Below, piece after piece: positions 26,702-36,384 of a stretch of 64,000 nucleotides of DNA (positions are counted from its first letter, which is position 1; each line of letters opens with the position of its first letter). The stretch spans positions 25,496 to 89,495 of the forward strand of contig JBILAG010000001.1 in assembly GCA_044354345.1 (NCBI GenBank), given 5' to 3'. A program made the translations under genes and the position numbers. The notes under the pieces were generated by a model, which did no database searches, was not told the origin of the DNA, and saw only the letters and a program-made list of their open reading frames with translations. Origin of the DNA: Ilumatobacteraceae bacterium. GTDB lineage: Bacteria; Actinomycetota; Acidimicrobiia; Acidimicrobiales; Ilumatobacteraceae.

Positions 26702-27754
26702 ATGAGTGCAAAAGTTTTAAAAGTCGGTATCGCTGGTTATGGCGTGGTCGGTAAGCGCCGTGGTGATTGCGTTGAACGGCACCCTGATCTTGAACTCGTC
26801 GCGGTTTGCGATCGGGTATTCAAAGACGATGGAGTATTACCAAACGGTGTAAAACACTTTCGTACCTACCAGCAACTTTTAGAACAAAAACTAGACGTCT
26901 TGATTGTCTGTGTAACCAACGACATCGCCGCAGAAGTTACTCAAGCGGCTTTGAACCTTGGTCTTCATGTGTTTTGTGAGAAGCCGCCAGGTCGAGACAT
27001 TGCCGACATCACTCGTGTAATTGAAACTGAAAAGAAAAATCCAAATTGTCGATTGATGTATGGTTTTAACCACCGCTACCACGATTCGGTGCAAGATGCA
27101 CTGAAAATTATTCGTTCTGGTCGTTTCGGCGAGATCATCAATATGCGAGGTGTATACGGAAAATCGAAGTTAATAACTTTTAATCAAGCCGACTGGCGAG
27201 CTAAAAGAGAAATTGCTGGCGGAGGAGTGCTTTTAGATCAAGGCATTCACATGGTTGATCTAATGCGTCTGATGGCCGGTGAGTTCGTAGATGTCCAGAG
27301 TTTTATATCAAACGGTCACTGGGGATACAACGTTGAAGATAATGCGTATGCATTAATGAAAACCAAAGATGGCGTTGTGGCGATGCTCAATTCATCTGCG
27401 ACCCAATGGCGACATCAATTTAGTCTTGATATAAATATGCAACGCGGTGGTGTAATTTTGCGAGGAATTTTGACCGGCTCTAAAAGTTATGGAAACGAGA
27501 CGATGACACTCGTAACTGCCGACCCAGATCGAGACAACGGTGACCCGAAAGAAGAACTTTTTGAATACAAAGACGACCCATCTTGGGATTCTGAAATTGC
27601 AGCGTTCACGCAAAGTATTCTTCATAATCAACCCGTTCAAAACGGCACGTCACGCGATGCCTTCGAAACAATGAAACTTGTCTATAAAATTTATTATGCC
27701 GATCCAATTTGGCGTAACAAATTTGACATAAAGAACCCTGAGGTGCCCCAATGA
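26702..27754 (+). CDS. Gfo/Idh/MocA-family NAD(P) oxidoreductase
   Basis: 350 aa. VGIAGYGVVGKRR Rossmann motif and EKP motif (FCEKPPG). Confidence 0.75.
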   Translation: MSAKVLKVGIAGYGVVGKRRGDCVERHPDLELVAVCDRVFKDDGVLPNGVKHFRTYQQLLEQKLDVLIVCVTNDIAAEVTQAALNLGLHVFCEKPPGRDIADITRVIETEKKNPNCRLMYGFNHRYHDSVQDALKIIRSGRFGEIINMRGVYGKSKLITFNQADWRAKREIAGGGVLLDQGIHMVDLMRLMAGEFVDVQSFISNGHWGYNVEDNAYALMKTKDGVVAMLNSSATQWRHQFSLDINMQRGGVILRGILTGSKSYGNETMTLVTADPDRDNGDPKEELFEYKDDPSWDSEIAAFTQSILHNQPVQNGTSRDAFETMKLVYKIYYADPIWRNKFDIKNPEVPQ

Positions 27755-28602
27755 GCGATACGTCGATGCCCGATCTGTCGATGACCGATCTGACAATTAA
27801 TGATATTCAAGGTCTCGTGATCGCGACGACAGAACTTGTGCGCAGCGTAGGTAAAAAATTTATTCGCGCAAATAGTCAAGAAGCAAAAGAAGTTGTTGAT
27901 CTTCAAGTGGGTGGGCGTGAAATTAAACTTGCCGCCGACAAAATTTTAGAAAAGCAACTGATTAAAGGAGTACACAGTTTCGGCTTTCCTATCCTTAGCG
28001 AAGAAACTGGGTTCATTGATTCAGGTAAATTCAGAAATTTGCTTTGGGTAATTGACCCATTAGACGGCAGCTACAACTTCAGCAGAGGCCTCGGACCTTC
28101 GATGATTTCTTTGGCATTATGGCAAGGCAATGAGCCCGTTCTTGGTGTGTTGTTTAATTTGGTAACAAAGCAACTGACTTTTGGTGGACCCAAAATCGGT
28201 GCATACGTTGAAAAAGTTCTTGTACATGTGTCTGATCGTGAAGAACGTCGCCAGGCGACACTATGCACCGGGTTTCCAAGTCGGTTTCCAATTGATGATC
28301 CGCGAGCCGTTGAAGCCTTCGCAACAACAATGCGCTCGTTTGGAAAAATACGGATGATTGGCGCAGCGGCAGCCTCGTTGTGGCTTGTTGCAACTGGCGC
28401 AGCCGATGTTTATGCCGAGCACAACATTATGTTTTGGGATGTTGCCGCAGGCTTGGCAATCGTGAATGGCGCAGGGGGCACATTCGAAATCGAAGGAGTT
28501 AACTTGCCCGAGCGAATCTTCAGCGAGCCATGCACCGTGGTTGCAAGCAACGGTAAATTTGATGCATCAGTGTCAATGTTTGACGCTGTGCGAGGGTTGT
28601 GA
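27751..28602 (+). CDS. Inositol-monophosphatase-family phosphatase (IMPase/CysQ-like)
   Basis: 283 aa. WVIDPLDGSYNF and WDVAAG metal-binding motifs. ATGA overlap with the upstream gene. Confidence 0.8.
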   Translation: MSDTSMPDLSMTDLTINDIQGLVIATTELVRSVGKKFIRANSQEAKEVVDLQVGGREIKLAADKILEKQLIKGVHSFGFPILSEETGFIDSGKFRNLLWVIDPLDGSYNFSRGLGPSMISLALWQGNEPVLGVLFNLVTKQLTFGGPKIGAYVEKVLVHVSDREERRQATLCTGFPSRFPIDDPRAVEAFATTMRSFGKIRMIGAAAASLWLVATGAADVYAEHNIMFWDVAAGLAIVNGAGGTFEIEGVNLPERIFSEPCTVVASNGKFDASVSMFDAVRGL

Positions 28603-29705
28603 TGACGAGCCTTGATACAGGTGTCAAAGTTGTTCGTAATGTTGGAAGATTCACGATTGGTGATGGTTCAATTTCAGGAGTCGCAGATTTAGTAAATTCG
28701 CAACGCACTAAAGATTCACCTAATGCGGTCTATTTGATCGATGAGTTTTTTGAAAATAGTAGAAATGTTCTTGACTCGTTAGGAATGATTGCGGGCGATG
28801 CAAAACACTTTATAAAAACCGCAAATGAGCCGACAACTCAAGGAATCGATGAACTAGTAAGCACACTTCAATTGTCAGGCCATAATCATCCAGCAACAAT
28901 TGTCGGCATTGGTGGCGGGATCACGCTAGATACTGCAAAGGCTGTAGCGAACCTATTGACAAATGGTGGCAAGGCAGCCGACTACCAAGGTTGGGATTTA
29001 GTGCGTGTACCTGGTGTTCACAAAATTGGTGTACCGACTATTTCGGGCACTGGTGCTGAAGCAACACGCACATGCGTGATGACGAATCTCGAAACCGGCC
29101 TCAAGTTAGGTATGAATAGTGATTACACAGTTTTTGATCACATCATTTTGGACCCGGGTTTGACCAGCACTGTTCCGCGAAATCAATACTTCTATACGGG
29201 TATGGATGCTTATATTCATTGCATTGAAGCGTTAGATGGTTCGTACCGAAATGCAATTGGTGATGCGTATTCTCGAGAAACCGTAAATCTTTGTCGCAAT
29301 ATATTTTTAAGTAGTGACATGATGGCTGATGCTCGACGCAGCGATTTGATGGTCGCCAGTTATTTGGGTGGGTGTGCAATCGCCACGAGTTATGTCGGGA
29401 TAATCCACCCATTTTCAGCGGCGTTGAGTGTTGTCTTTGGCATGCATCATTGTGTAGCAAACTGTGTCGTGCTTAATGCGATGAGTGAGTTTTATCCTGA
29501 AGCACATAGCGAATTTCGAAAGATGATTGAGTTGCAAAAAGTTGAACTACCAAGCGGCGTGTGTGCCAACCTTACTGATGATCTACGCCAAGCCTTGATT
29601 GCCGCAACGATCAAACACGAAAAGCCACTTACTAACGCATTGGGTACCGAGTTTCGAGCCACGCTCACGGACGCAAGGATCATCTCGCTGTTCGAGAAGA
29701 TGTAA
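28599..29705 (+). CDS. Iron-containing alcohol-dehydrogenase-family oxidoreductase
   Basis: 368 aa. GIGGGITLDTAKAVA, GTGAEATRT and a His-rich HPFSAALSVVFGMHHC metal site. The start may be the ATG at 28602. Confidence 0.75.
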   Translation: MMTSLDTGVKVVRNVGRFTIGDGSISGVADLVNSQRTKDSPNAVYLIDEFFENSRNVLDSLGMIAGDAKHFIKTANEPTTQGIDELVSTLQLSGHNHPATIVGIGGGITLDTAKAVANLLTNGGKAADYQGWDLVRVPGVHKIGVPTISGTGAEATRTCVMTNLETGLKLGMNSDYTVFDHIILDPGLTSTVPRNQYFYTGMDAYIHCIEALDGSYRNAIGDAYSRETVNLCRNIFLSSDMMADARRSDLMVASYLGGCAIATSYVGIIHPFSAALSVVFGMHHCVANCVVLNAMSEFYPEAHSEFRKMIELQKVELPSGVCANLTDDLRQALIAATIKHEKPLTNALGTEFRATLTDARIISLFEKM

Positions 29706-29728
29706 AGATCTCAGAGTAAAATCAAGAT

Positions 29729-30889
29729 ATGCCTGGGTACGAACTTATTGGTGCCGAAGAACAGGCGCAAGTAGACGATATTTTTCAACACGGCGGAGTG
29801 CTGTTTCGTCACTCTTTTGATCACCTACGCCAAGACCGTTGGAAGGTTCGCGATTTTGAACAAGAGTTTGCAAAATCTGTCGACATGCCGCACGCTCTTG
29901 CGGTTACATCTGGCACCGCAGCCCTGCGGGTTGCACTTGCTGTTTTAGATTTACAACCAGGCGACGAAGTAATCACCCAGAGTTTTACGTTCGTCGCCAC
30001 CGTTGAGGCGATAATTGAAGCAGGAGCAATACCGGTGTGTGCAGAAATTGACGGCACATTGAATATCGATCCTGAATCATTGAAGTCGTTGATCACCCCG
30101 AAAACTAAAGCCGTGATCGCAGTGCACATGCTGGGTACACCTGCTCGGCTGTTCGAAATTGATGACATTTGTCGAAAAAATAATCTCACTCTTATTGAAG
30201 ATGCGGCGTGGGGATGCGGCGGCTCACTTGATGGCCGGCCGTTGGGCACTTGGGGTCGAATGGGAACCTTTAGTTTCGACTTTGCAAAGACTATGACCAC
30301 TGGCGAGGGTGGAATGATCGTGTTTCAAAATGAAGACGATTACAAAGTGGCCGCAGCATGGCATGATCATGGTCACGAGAACAATCCGAGTGTGCCACGC
30401 TGGGAAGACACCCGCGCAAGCAGTGGTTTCAACTTTCGGATGACAGAGATGCAAGGTGCAGTTGGTTTAGCTCAGTTGAAAAAACTTTCACACGTCGTGA
30501 CGATGCAACGAAAAAATCGAGATTCAATGTGGGCGGCGATAAAAAATCTTCCTGGAATTATTCCGCGCGAAGTTCCGAATGGGTCTCACGAAACCGCCGA
30601 CGCACTTATATTTAGTGTGGCCGACAAGGCAACTGCAAGAAAATGTCGTGATTCGTTGTTAACTGAAGGTCTATCAACCAAAATTTTACCCGAGGCAGTC
30701 ACATGGCATTTTGCTGGCACTTGGACGCACATGTCTGAACTTGTGGCACGGCATGGCGGAGACTTAGCAAAAGCTTTTGGGCCATCGCGGTCGCGACTCG
30801 AACGAGCGGTTTCGCTGCCAGTTGTTGTAAAAATGGATGAGACGGTTCCGGCGAGATTGCACACCGCACTATCAAAAGTTTTGAGCTAG
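29729..30889 (+). CDS. DegT/DnrJ/EryC1-family PLP aminotransferase
   Basis: 386 aa. PLP-lysine context [14 protein letters not shown]. Confidence 0.8.
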   Translation: MPGYELIGAEEQAQVDDIFQHGGVLFRHSFDHLRQDRWKVRDFEQEFAKSVDMPHALAVTSGTAALRVALAVLDLQPGDEVITQSFTFVATVEAIIEAGAIPVCAEIDGTLNIDPESLKSLITPKTKAVIAVHMLGTPARLFEIDDICRKNNLTLIEDAAWGCGGSLDGRPLGTWGRMGTFSFDFAKTMTTGEGGMIVFQNEDDYKVAAAWHDHGHENNPSVPRWEDTRASSGFNFRMTEMQGAVGLAQLKKLSHVVTMQRKNRDSMWAAIKNLPGIIPREVPNGSHETADALIFSVADKATARKCRDSLLTEGLSTKILPEAVTWHFAGTWTHMSELVARHGGDLAKAFGPSRSRLERAVSLPVVVKMDETVPARLHTALSKVLS

Positions 30890-30896
30890 CAAGACT

Positions 30897-31574
30897 ATGG
30901 CTCAGCCAGTAATCTCAGTCATAATTGCCGCCTACAACCAAGAGCGATATTTGACAAGATGCTTAAGGTCATTGCTTGCACAAAGTTTCGCGCTTGACAG
31001 GTTTGAAATCGTTGTAATCAATGACGGCAGCACAGATCACAGTGCAAACGTGTTAAAAGAATTTAGTGACGAAATAGTTTTAATAACAAATGAGAGCAAT
31101 ATTGGTTTACCTGCATCGCTGAACAAAGCCATCCGTCGAGCGCGAGCACCGTATGTAGTGCGTGTAGATGCCGATGATTATGTGAATAACGAGTTTCTAC
31201 ACCTACTGCATGAGTTTCTGCGCGAGAATAAATACATGGATGCGATCGCTTGTGACTATTTGTTGGTTGATGAGCAAGAAGAGGTTCTCGCTCGAAACAA
31301 CTGTTTGACTGAACCAATCGCTTGCGGCATTATGTTTCGCACCGAACAGTTGATTGACATTGGTCTGTACGACGAGTCTTTTTTGCTGCATGAAGAAACT
31401 GATCTTCGGTTGAGGTTCACTAAGAAGTACAAAATTCATCGACTTGAGCTACCTCTATATCGATATCGTCGCCATGCGAATAACTCAACTAATGATGTTG
31501 AAGCAATGGAACATCACCGTCAGCGAATTATTGAAAAGCACGGCGAAGAGCACGCCGAAAGGTCCGGTCAATGA
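30897..31574 (+). CDS. Family-2 glycosyltransferase (short, SpsA-like)
   Basis: 225 aa. [13 protein letters not shown] and VRVDADDY (DxD) motifs. Confidence 0.8.
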   Translation: MAQPVISVIIAAYNQERYLTRCLRSLLAQSFALDRFEIVVINDGSTDHSANVLKEFSDEIVLITNESNIGLPASLNKAIRRARAPYVVRVDADDYVNNEFLHLLHEFLRENKYMDAIACDYLLVDEQEEVLARNNCLTEPIACGIMFRTEQLIDIGLYDESFLLHEETDLRLRFTKKYKIHRLELPLYRYRRHANNSTNDVEAMEHHRQRIIEKHGEEHAERSGQ

Positions 31575-32638
31575 TGATTTCTATGCGTTTTGGTAATCGA
31601 TTAGTTGGCGAAAACGACTTACCATACGTCATCGCTGAAATCGGGGTCAACCATGAGGGTTCACTCGCGACAGCAAAACTTTTAATTGAAGCGGCCAAGC
31701 GTGGTGGGGCTGATGCCGCGAAGTTTCAAACTTACAAGGCGGGTTTAATAGCATCAAAATTTTCGCCGTCATATTGGGATACGAGCAAAGAGCCAACGAC
31801 TAGCCAGTATGAATTGTTTACCAAATACGACTCGTTCGGCGAATCCGAATATAAAGAGCTTGCAGATCATTGCAAAAAATTCGAGATCGAATTTGTTTCG
31901 ACGCCTTTTGATCTCGGCGCCGTTGAGATGCTTGATCCATTAGTGAAGTATTTCAAAATTGCATCAGCGGACATTACGAACCCACCATTACTGAAAAAAG
32001 TTGCCGCAACAGGCAAGCCAGTTATTTTGTCTACTGGGGCATCGAATATTGGCGAGATAGATGCGGCATTAGCGATATTGCGTGCAGCAGGTGCTCAACA
32101 AATTTGTTTGATGCATTGCATTCTCAATTATCCAACTCGAGACCAAAATGCTCATCTGGGGATGCTCACGGGTTTACACAATCGTTACCCAGAGCTATTG
32201 CTTGGATATTCCGATCACACGTTGCCAACAGAAGATATGACAAGTTTGATCGCAGCACATTTGCTAGGTGCAGTTGTGCTTGAAAAGCATTTTACTCTTG
32301 ATAAAACTTTGCCTGGCAACGACCACTACCACGCAATGGATGAATTTGATTTGGCAAGATTTCAAGTCAAAGTTAAAAAAGTTCACGAATTACTTGGGCC
32401 AACACGTGATAAAGCGCCAATCGCCACAGAAGATATTTCACGACTTAATGCGAGACGGAGCATCGTCTTAACACGTGATCTCAAATCTGGGCACGAAATT
32501 GTTGAGAGTGATTTAGTTGCGAAACGTCCTGGTACTGGTGTTAGTCCGATCAGTTGGGATGAGGTAATTGGCAAAAAAGTAGTTCGAGATCTACCAGAAG
32601 ATCACATTCTGACTTGGGATGACTTAACTAAATCATGA
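31571..32638 (+). CDS. NeuB-family PEP-condensing ulosonic acid synthase (SpsE-like), second copy in the window
   Basis: 355 aa. [12 protein letters not shown] and C-terminal [18 protein letters not shown] overlaps on both sides. Confidence 0.8.
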   Translation: MMISMRFGNRLVGENDLPYVIAEIGVNHEGSLATAKLLIEAAKRGGADAAKFQTYKAGLIASKFSPSYWDTSKEPTTSQYELFTKYDSFGESEYKELADHCKKFEIEFVSTPFDLGAVEMLDPLVKYFKIASADITNPPLLKKVAATGKPVILSTGASNIGEIDAALAILRAAGAQQICLMHCILNYPTRDQNAHLGMLTGLHNRYPELLLGYSDHTLPTEDMTSLIAAHLLGAVVLEKHFTLDKTLPGNDHYHAMDEFDLARFQVKVKKVHELLGPTRDKAPIATEDISRLNARRSIVLTRDLKSGHEIVESDLVAKRPGTGVSPISWDEVIGKKVVRDLPEDHILTWDDLTKS

Positions 32639-33339
32639 CCCGAGTTGTTGCCGTGGTGCAGGCGCGCATGGGATCACAGCGGTTTCCGGGCAAGATGTTG
32701 GCAAAACTTGGTGAACGTGACTTGTTGGGTTGGGTATTGACTCGTGTATGTGACGCTGAACAACTAGATCAAGTCGTGCTCGCAACTTCAGACAGTAGCG
32801 ACGACGACCAACTCGCCGATGCTGCATCAAATTTTAATGCGCTTGTCGTTCGGGGTAGTCAAAACGATGTCTTAGATCGATTCGTACAATCGGCAAAAGT
32901 TTCACAAGCAGATTTAGTAGTTCGGGTTTGTGCCGACAATCCATTTATCGCCGCCGAAGAGATCGATCGCTTAGTCTTTGCCCACGAATCTGGCAGCTAT
33001 GACTATTCGTGCAATCATCAGCAAAAACTTAATAACAGATATGCCGATGGTTTTGGCGCCGAAATTCTTTCTACAATACTGTTAAACAACATTGCAGATT
33101 TGACTACCCAGCAGTCGCATCGCGAGCATGTCACAAGTTACATTTGGGACAATATAGAAAAATACAAAATTCAGGCGGTGGCAGCACCAGCTGAGCTGGC
33201 GTTTCCTGAAATTAAATTAGACATTGATACTCCACAAGATATGCAAAAGTTAGATGAATTTGTCAATAAATTCGCGATAACTACTAAGTCAAGCGCAGCA
33301 GAAGTCGTAATAGCTTTCAATAAATTTAAGAATTCTTGA
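32635..33339 (+). CDS. SpsF/KdsB-like cytidylyltransferase
   Basis: 234 aa. VVQARMGSQRFPGK N-terminal motif. Confidence 0.75.
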   Translation: MTRVVAVVQARMGSQRFPGKMLAKLGERDLLGWVLTRVCDAEQLDQVVLATSDSSDDDQLADAASNFNALVVRGSQNDVLDRFVQSAKVSQADLVVRVCADNPFIAAEEIDRLVFAHESGSYDYSCNHQQKLNNRYADGFGAEILSTILLNNIADLTTQQSHREHVTSYIWDNIEKYKIQAVAAPAELAFPEIKLDIDTPQDMQKLDEFVNKFAITTKSSAAEVVIAFNKFKNS

Positions 33340-33352
33340 GTAGTCTGCAGGG

Positions 33353-33727
33353 ATGTCAAATACAAAACCAGAAGTCGTGATTCCACAAACACCTGCGCCG
33401 AGCACTTTAGTAACCGAAGATATTACGGTTGGCGACGGCGTTGAAGCCGTTAGCGGCAAGACTGTCTCTGTGCACTACGTCGGTGTGGCATGGAGCACCG
33501 GAAAACAATTTGATGCATCATGGGATCGCAATGAACCATTTGATTTTGGTTTGGGTGCCGGTCAAGTTATTTCAGGCTGGGATAAAGGCGTTGCGGGTAT
33601 GAAAGTTGGCGGACGACGCAAACTTACAATCCCGCCAGACATGGGTTACGGCAGTCAGGGAGCAGGCGGAGTAATTAAGGGCGGCGAGACACTTGTGTTC
33701 GTTGTTGATTTACTAAACGTCGTTTAG
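33353..33727 (+). CDS. FKBP-type peptidyl-prolyl cis-trans isomerase
   Basis: 124 aa. VHYVGV...GQVISGWDKGVAGMKVGGRRKLTIPP..GYG. Confidence 0.85.
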   Translation: MSNTKPEVVIPQTPAPSTLVTEDITVGDGVEAVSGKTVSVHYVGVAWSTGKQFDASWDRNEPFDFGLGAGQVISGWDKGVAGMKVGGRRKLTIPPDMGYGSQGAGGVIKGGETLVFVVDLLNVV

Positions 33728-34329
33728 TCAGCCGAGACTTGTTTTTTGCGGTAGTGGTTTCGACAAAGTAGTTCGTAACGCACTACATCACCAAATAAAG
33801 GTGCGACCGTATTTTTGTCGGTGTCACCGACCATCACGGTTTCACCTTCAACTACAACTTTTTCATTTACTAATCGAGCGTTGTTTGTTGCTCTCGCGCC
33901 ACACCAACAACGAGCCTCAACCTGCATTTCAATTCGTTGATCGGCGATTTCAAGCAACCGCCTAGTGCCATCAAATAATAAACCCTTGAAGTCGGTAATT
34001 AGACCAAATGCATAAACATCAACATGAAGTTCGTCAACAATCAACGCAAGTTGATCGCATTGTTCAACTGTGCAGAATTGAGCCTCGTCACAAACAATAA
34101 ATTGCAGCGGCATTCGCGATACTGCCAAATCAAACAAATCAATCTCCGGAGCCATCTCAATCGCTGGCGTTGAAACACCAAGGCGGCTTGTAACTTGGCC
34201 GCCGTCTCGATCAAGTTTTGTCAACAACAAACCAGCTAAACCGCGACTAGTTAAATTATGGTTTATTTGCAACGCCAGCGTGCTTTTACCCGAACCCATT
34301 GTCCCGTAGTTAAACCGTAACGTTGCCAT
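33724..34329 (-). CDS. tdk: Thymidine kinase
   Basis: P-loop GTMGSGKST and a C-terminal Cys cluster (CWCG...CRNHY). I prefer the ATG at 34329 over the TTG at 34344. Confidence 0.85.
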   Translation of the reverse strand: MATLRFNYGTMGSGKSTLALQINHNLTSRGLAGLLLTKLDRDGGQVTSRLGVSTPAIEMAPEIDLFDLAVSRMPLQFIVCDEAQFCTVEQCDQLALIVDELHVDVYAFGLITDFKGLLFDGTRRLLEIADQRIEMQVEARCWCGARATNNARLVNEKVVVEGETVMVGDTDKNTVAPLFGDVVRYELLCRNHYRKKQVSAD

Positions 34330-34407
34330 ATCAGGTAAAAACAATACTCCGTTGTTGCTGATACTAAAAAAGCGAATTGACGAATTAGTGAATTAACGTG
34401 ATTATCA

Positions 34408-35073
34408 ATGACTTCTGAAGAACTCGCAAAATTCATTGATCACACACAACTTGCCCCTGAAGCAACCTCAATCGACATCGCCAAGCTTTGCGACGAAGCT
34501 CGTGAGTTCAATGTTGCCGCAGTTTGCTTTTCGCCATCCTTTTTGCCGTTGTCAGCCTTATTGCTCGCTGATTTAACATCTAGCAACATTAAAGTCGCAT
34601 GCGTCGTTGGGTTTCCATCTGGGGCACATTCAGGTGCAGTGAAAGCTTTCGAAGCGAGACACGCCACACAAAATGGCGCCACAGAAATCGACATGGTCGT
34701 AAATTCGGGTTTTGTGTTTTCGGCAAATTGGCTAGAACTTGGCGATGAGATTGCCCAAGTTCGTGCTGCGATACCTAAAACAACTTGTCTCAAAGTAATT
34801 ATTGAATCGGCTGCGCTGACAGATGCACAAATAATCACGGTGTGCCGAGTAGCCGTTGCAAATGGTGCAAATTTTGTTAAGACCTCAACTGGGTTTCACA
34901 AATCTGGCGGCGCAACCATTGAGGCAGTTAAATTAATGCGCGCAACTGTTGGCGACTCTATTGGTGTTAAAGCCAGTGGAGGAATCCGCACTCGCAAAAT
35001 GGCGCTAGAAATGATTAGTGCTGGCGCTACTCGTCTCGGAACTTCGGCAACTCAAGCGATCCTCGCCGAATAG
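34408..35073 (+). CDS. deoC: Deoxyribose-phosphate aldolase
   Basis: 221 aa. FVKTSTGF Schiff-base lysine context and VKASGGIR. Confidence 0.85.
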   Translation: MTSEELAKFIDHTQLAPEATSIDIAKLCDEAREFNVAAVCFSPSFLPLSALLLADLTSSNIKVACVVGFPSGAHSGAVKAFEARHATQNGATEIDMVVNSGFVFSANWLELGDEIAQVRAAIPKTTCLKVIIESAALTDAQIITVCRVAVANGANFVKTSTGFHKSGGATIEAVKLMRATVGDSIGVKASGGIRTRKMALEMISAGATRLGTSATQAILAE

Positions 35074-35076
35074 TTT

Positions 35077-35940
35077 TTAATTTGAGAAACCACGCATCGG
35101 CAACGAAGTCCGTTGAAGCCAATTATCAATCGGATAATTCGCCGTACCGTCGATTGCATGAAGTGTGTAGGCATGTCGCGGTTTGTCACTTGTATTTGGC
35201 CCCGAGCGATGCGGCAAAGTTCCGTTAAGTAAAATAAGAGTGCCCCGCGCTGCTTCTAGCGGCACAAGACCTTCAGTCGGGTACGGAGTCGAGTCAAAAA
35301 CTTCGTTATATGTTGACTTTCGATCTGCAGTTAGTCGGTTGCGATATTTAACTGGCAGACGATGACCACCAGGAAGTGCCCACATGCAACCGTTCTGTGT
35401 TGTCGCGTCGTCGATTGCAAACCAAAAACCGATTACAGATTGTGGGTCAGTCCACAGATACGTGTGGTCAACATGGCTAGTGACCTCGCCACCGATCCGC
35501 GGTTGTTTGAATATGTACATCGACTGTAACAATTTTTCTTGCTTCATGCCGATTGACCGTGCAACCGCAGCAAGGCGACTTGAATGACTGAACTCATCGA
35601 ATACCGGGTCAAGATCATGCATCGCGTGACCAAGCTTGTTGAGACATAAGTGTGCATCTTGACGAAGTTCGCCACGCTCATTGAATGCATCTTTTTCAAA
35701 GAAGCAACGAATCTTGTCGCCACTCGTTAAAAAGTAATCATCTGAGGCATGAACTGCAGTGCCGTCGGCAGTGAACACAGTTGCTTGTTCTGGGGATGGG
35801 CAATACTTTTCTGCAAGAACCATGGCTTGATCGCGAAGATTTAAGCAAGCCTGTTCACCGACAAAGTTTGGTAAAACTAGATAACCATTTTGATCAAAGA
35901 ATTCTGTTTGTTTCGCTGTCAAGCCTTCTTGAGTCATCAT
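35077..35940 (-). CDS. Phytanoyl-CoA-dioxygenase (PhyH)-family Fe(II)/2OG oxygenase
   Basis: 287 aa. FFDQNGYLVLPNF N-terminus, HVDH (HxD) and a distal LPHRSGPN His. Confidence 0.65.
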   Translation of the reverse strand: MMTQEGLTAKQTEFFDQNGYLVLPNFVGEQACLNLRDQAMVLAEKYCPSPEQATVFTADGTAVHASDDYFLTSGDKIRCFFEKDAFNERGELRQDAHLCLNKLGHAMHDLDPVFDEFSHSSRLAAVARSIGMKQEKLLQSMYIFKQPRIGGEVTSHVDHTYLWTDPQSVIGFWFAIDDATTQNGCMWALPGGHRLPVKYRNRLTADRKSTYNEVFDSTPYPTEGLVPLEAARGTLILLNGTLPHRSGPNTSDKPRHAYTLHAIDGTANYPIDNWLQRTSLPMRGFSN

Positions 35941-35949
35941 CTGATTTGC

Positions 35950-36354
35950 CTAATCGCCCGGGTTTACAAATACTGACTCTTCAGGAAACGCAACCGGCAA
36001 CATTTCGCTGAGTTTTCGTGGCACGCCGTTGACTTCTAGCAACATGTTTGCACCACCATGCTCCCACAACAACTGTCGACATCGTCCGCATGGTGTGACT
36101 GGCTCGCCGTTACCGACTGTGCACACTGCGACGAGTCTTCCGCCACCCGATTTGATTAATTCGCTGACCAAACCACATTCAGCACAAAGGGTTAATCCAT
36201 AAGAAGCATTTTCAACGTTGCATCCAGTAATTATTCTTCCGTCGTCAACAAGTGCAGCCGCACCTACATGAAATTTTGAATAGGGCACGTAAGCATTTTT
36301 TGCAACTGCTAATGCGGTTGTCCGCAAAAGCTTCCAGTCAATTTGAGTTTCCAT
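35950..36354 (-). CDS. cdd: Cytidine deaminase
   Basis: 134 aa. CAECGLV and PCGRCRQ zinc motifs. Confidence 0.85.
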   Translation of the reverse strand: METQIDWKLLRTTALAVAKNAYVPYSKFHVGAAALVDDGRIITGCNVENASYGLTLCAECGLVSELIKSGGGRLVAVCTVGNGEPVTPCGRCRQLLWEHGGANMLLEVNGVPRKLSEMLPVAFPEESVFVNPGD

Positions 36355-36384
36355 GTTTAAACCACAGTAGTGCGAATTAATCGT

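Noticed and set aside
27763-27792. 15-nt tandem duplication (tcgatgcccgatctg / tcgatgaccgatctg, 14/15 identical) at the 5' end of the IMPase-family gene
   Set aside because: There are only two units, in-frame (SMPDL-SMTDL), in a non-conserved N-terminal tail. It is probably a trivial slippage duplication with no evident regulatory meaning.
25862-33339. Calling the second sugar cluster a tRNA-integrated mobile island
   Set aside because: I found no integrase, transposase or direct repeat of the tRNA 3' end at the distal border. Only the position next to the tRNA supports the idea, so it is reported as a hypothesis and not as a mobile_element feature.
34378-34407. TTGACG ... ATTATC promoter-like elements directly before the deoC ATG (leaderless mRNA)
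   Set aside because: The hexamers are weak and the spacing is uncertain. It is plausible but cannot be supported without TSS data, so it is not listed as a feature.
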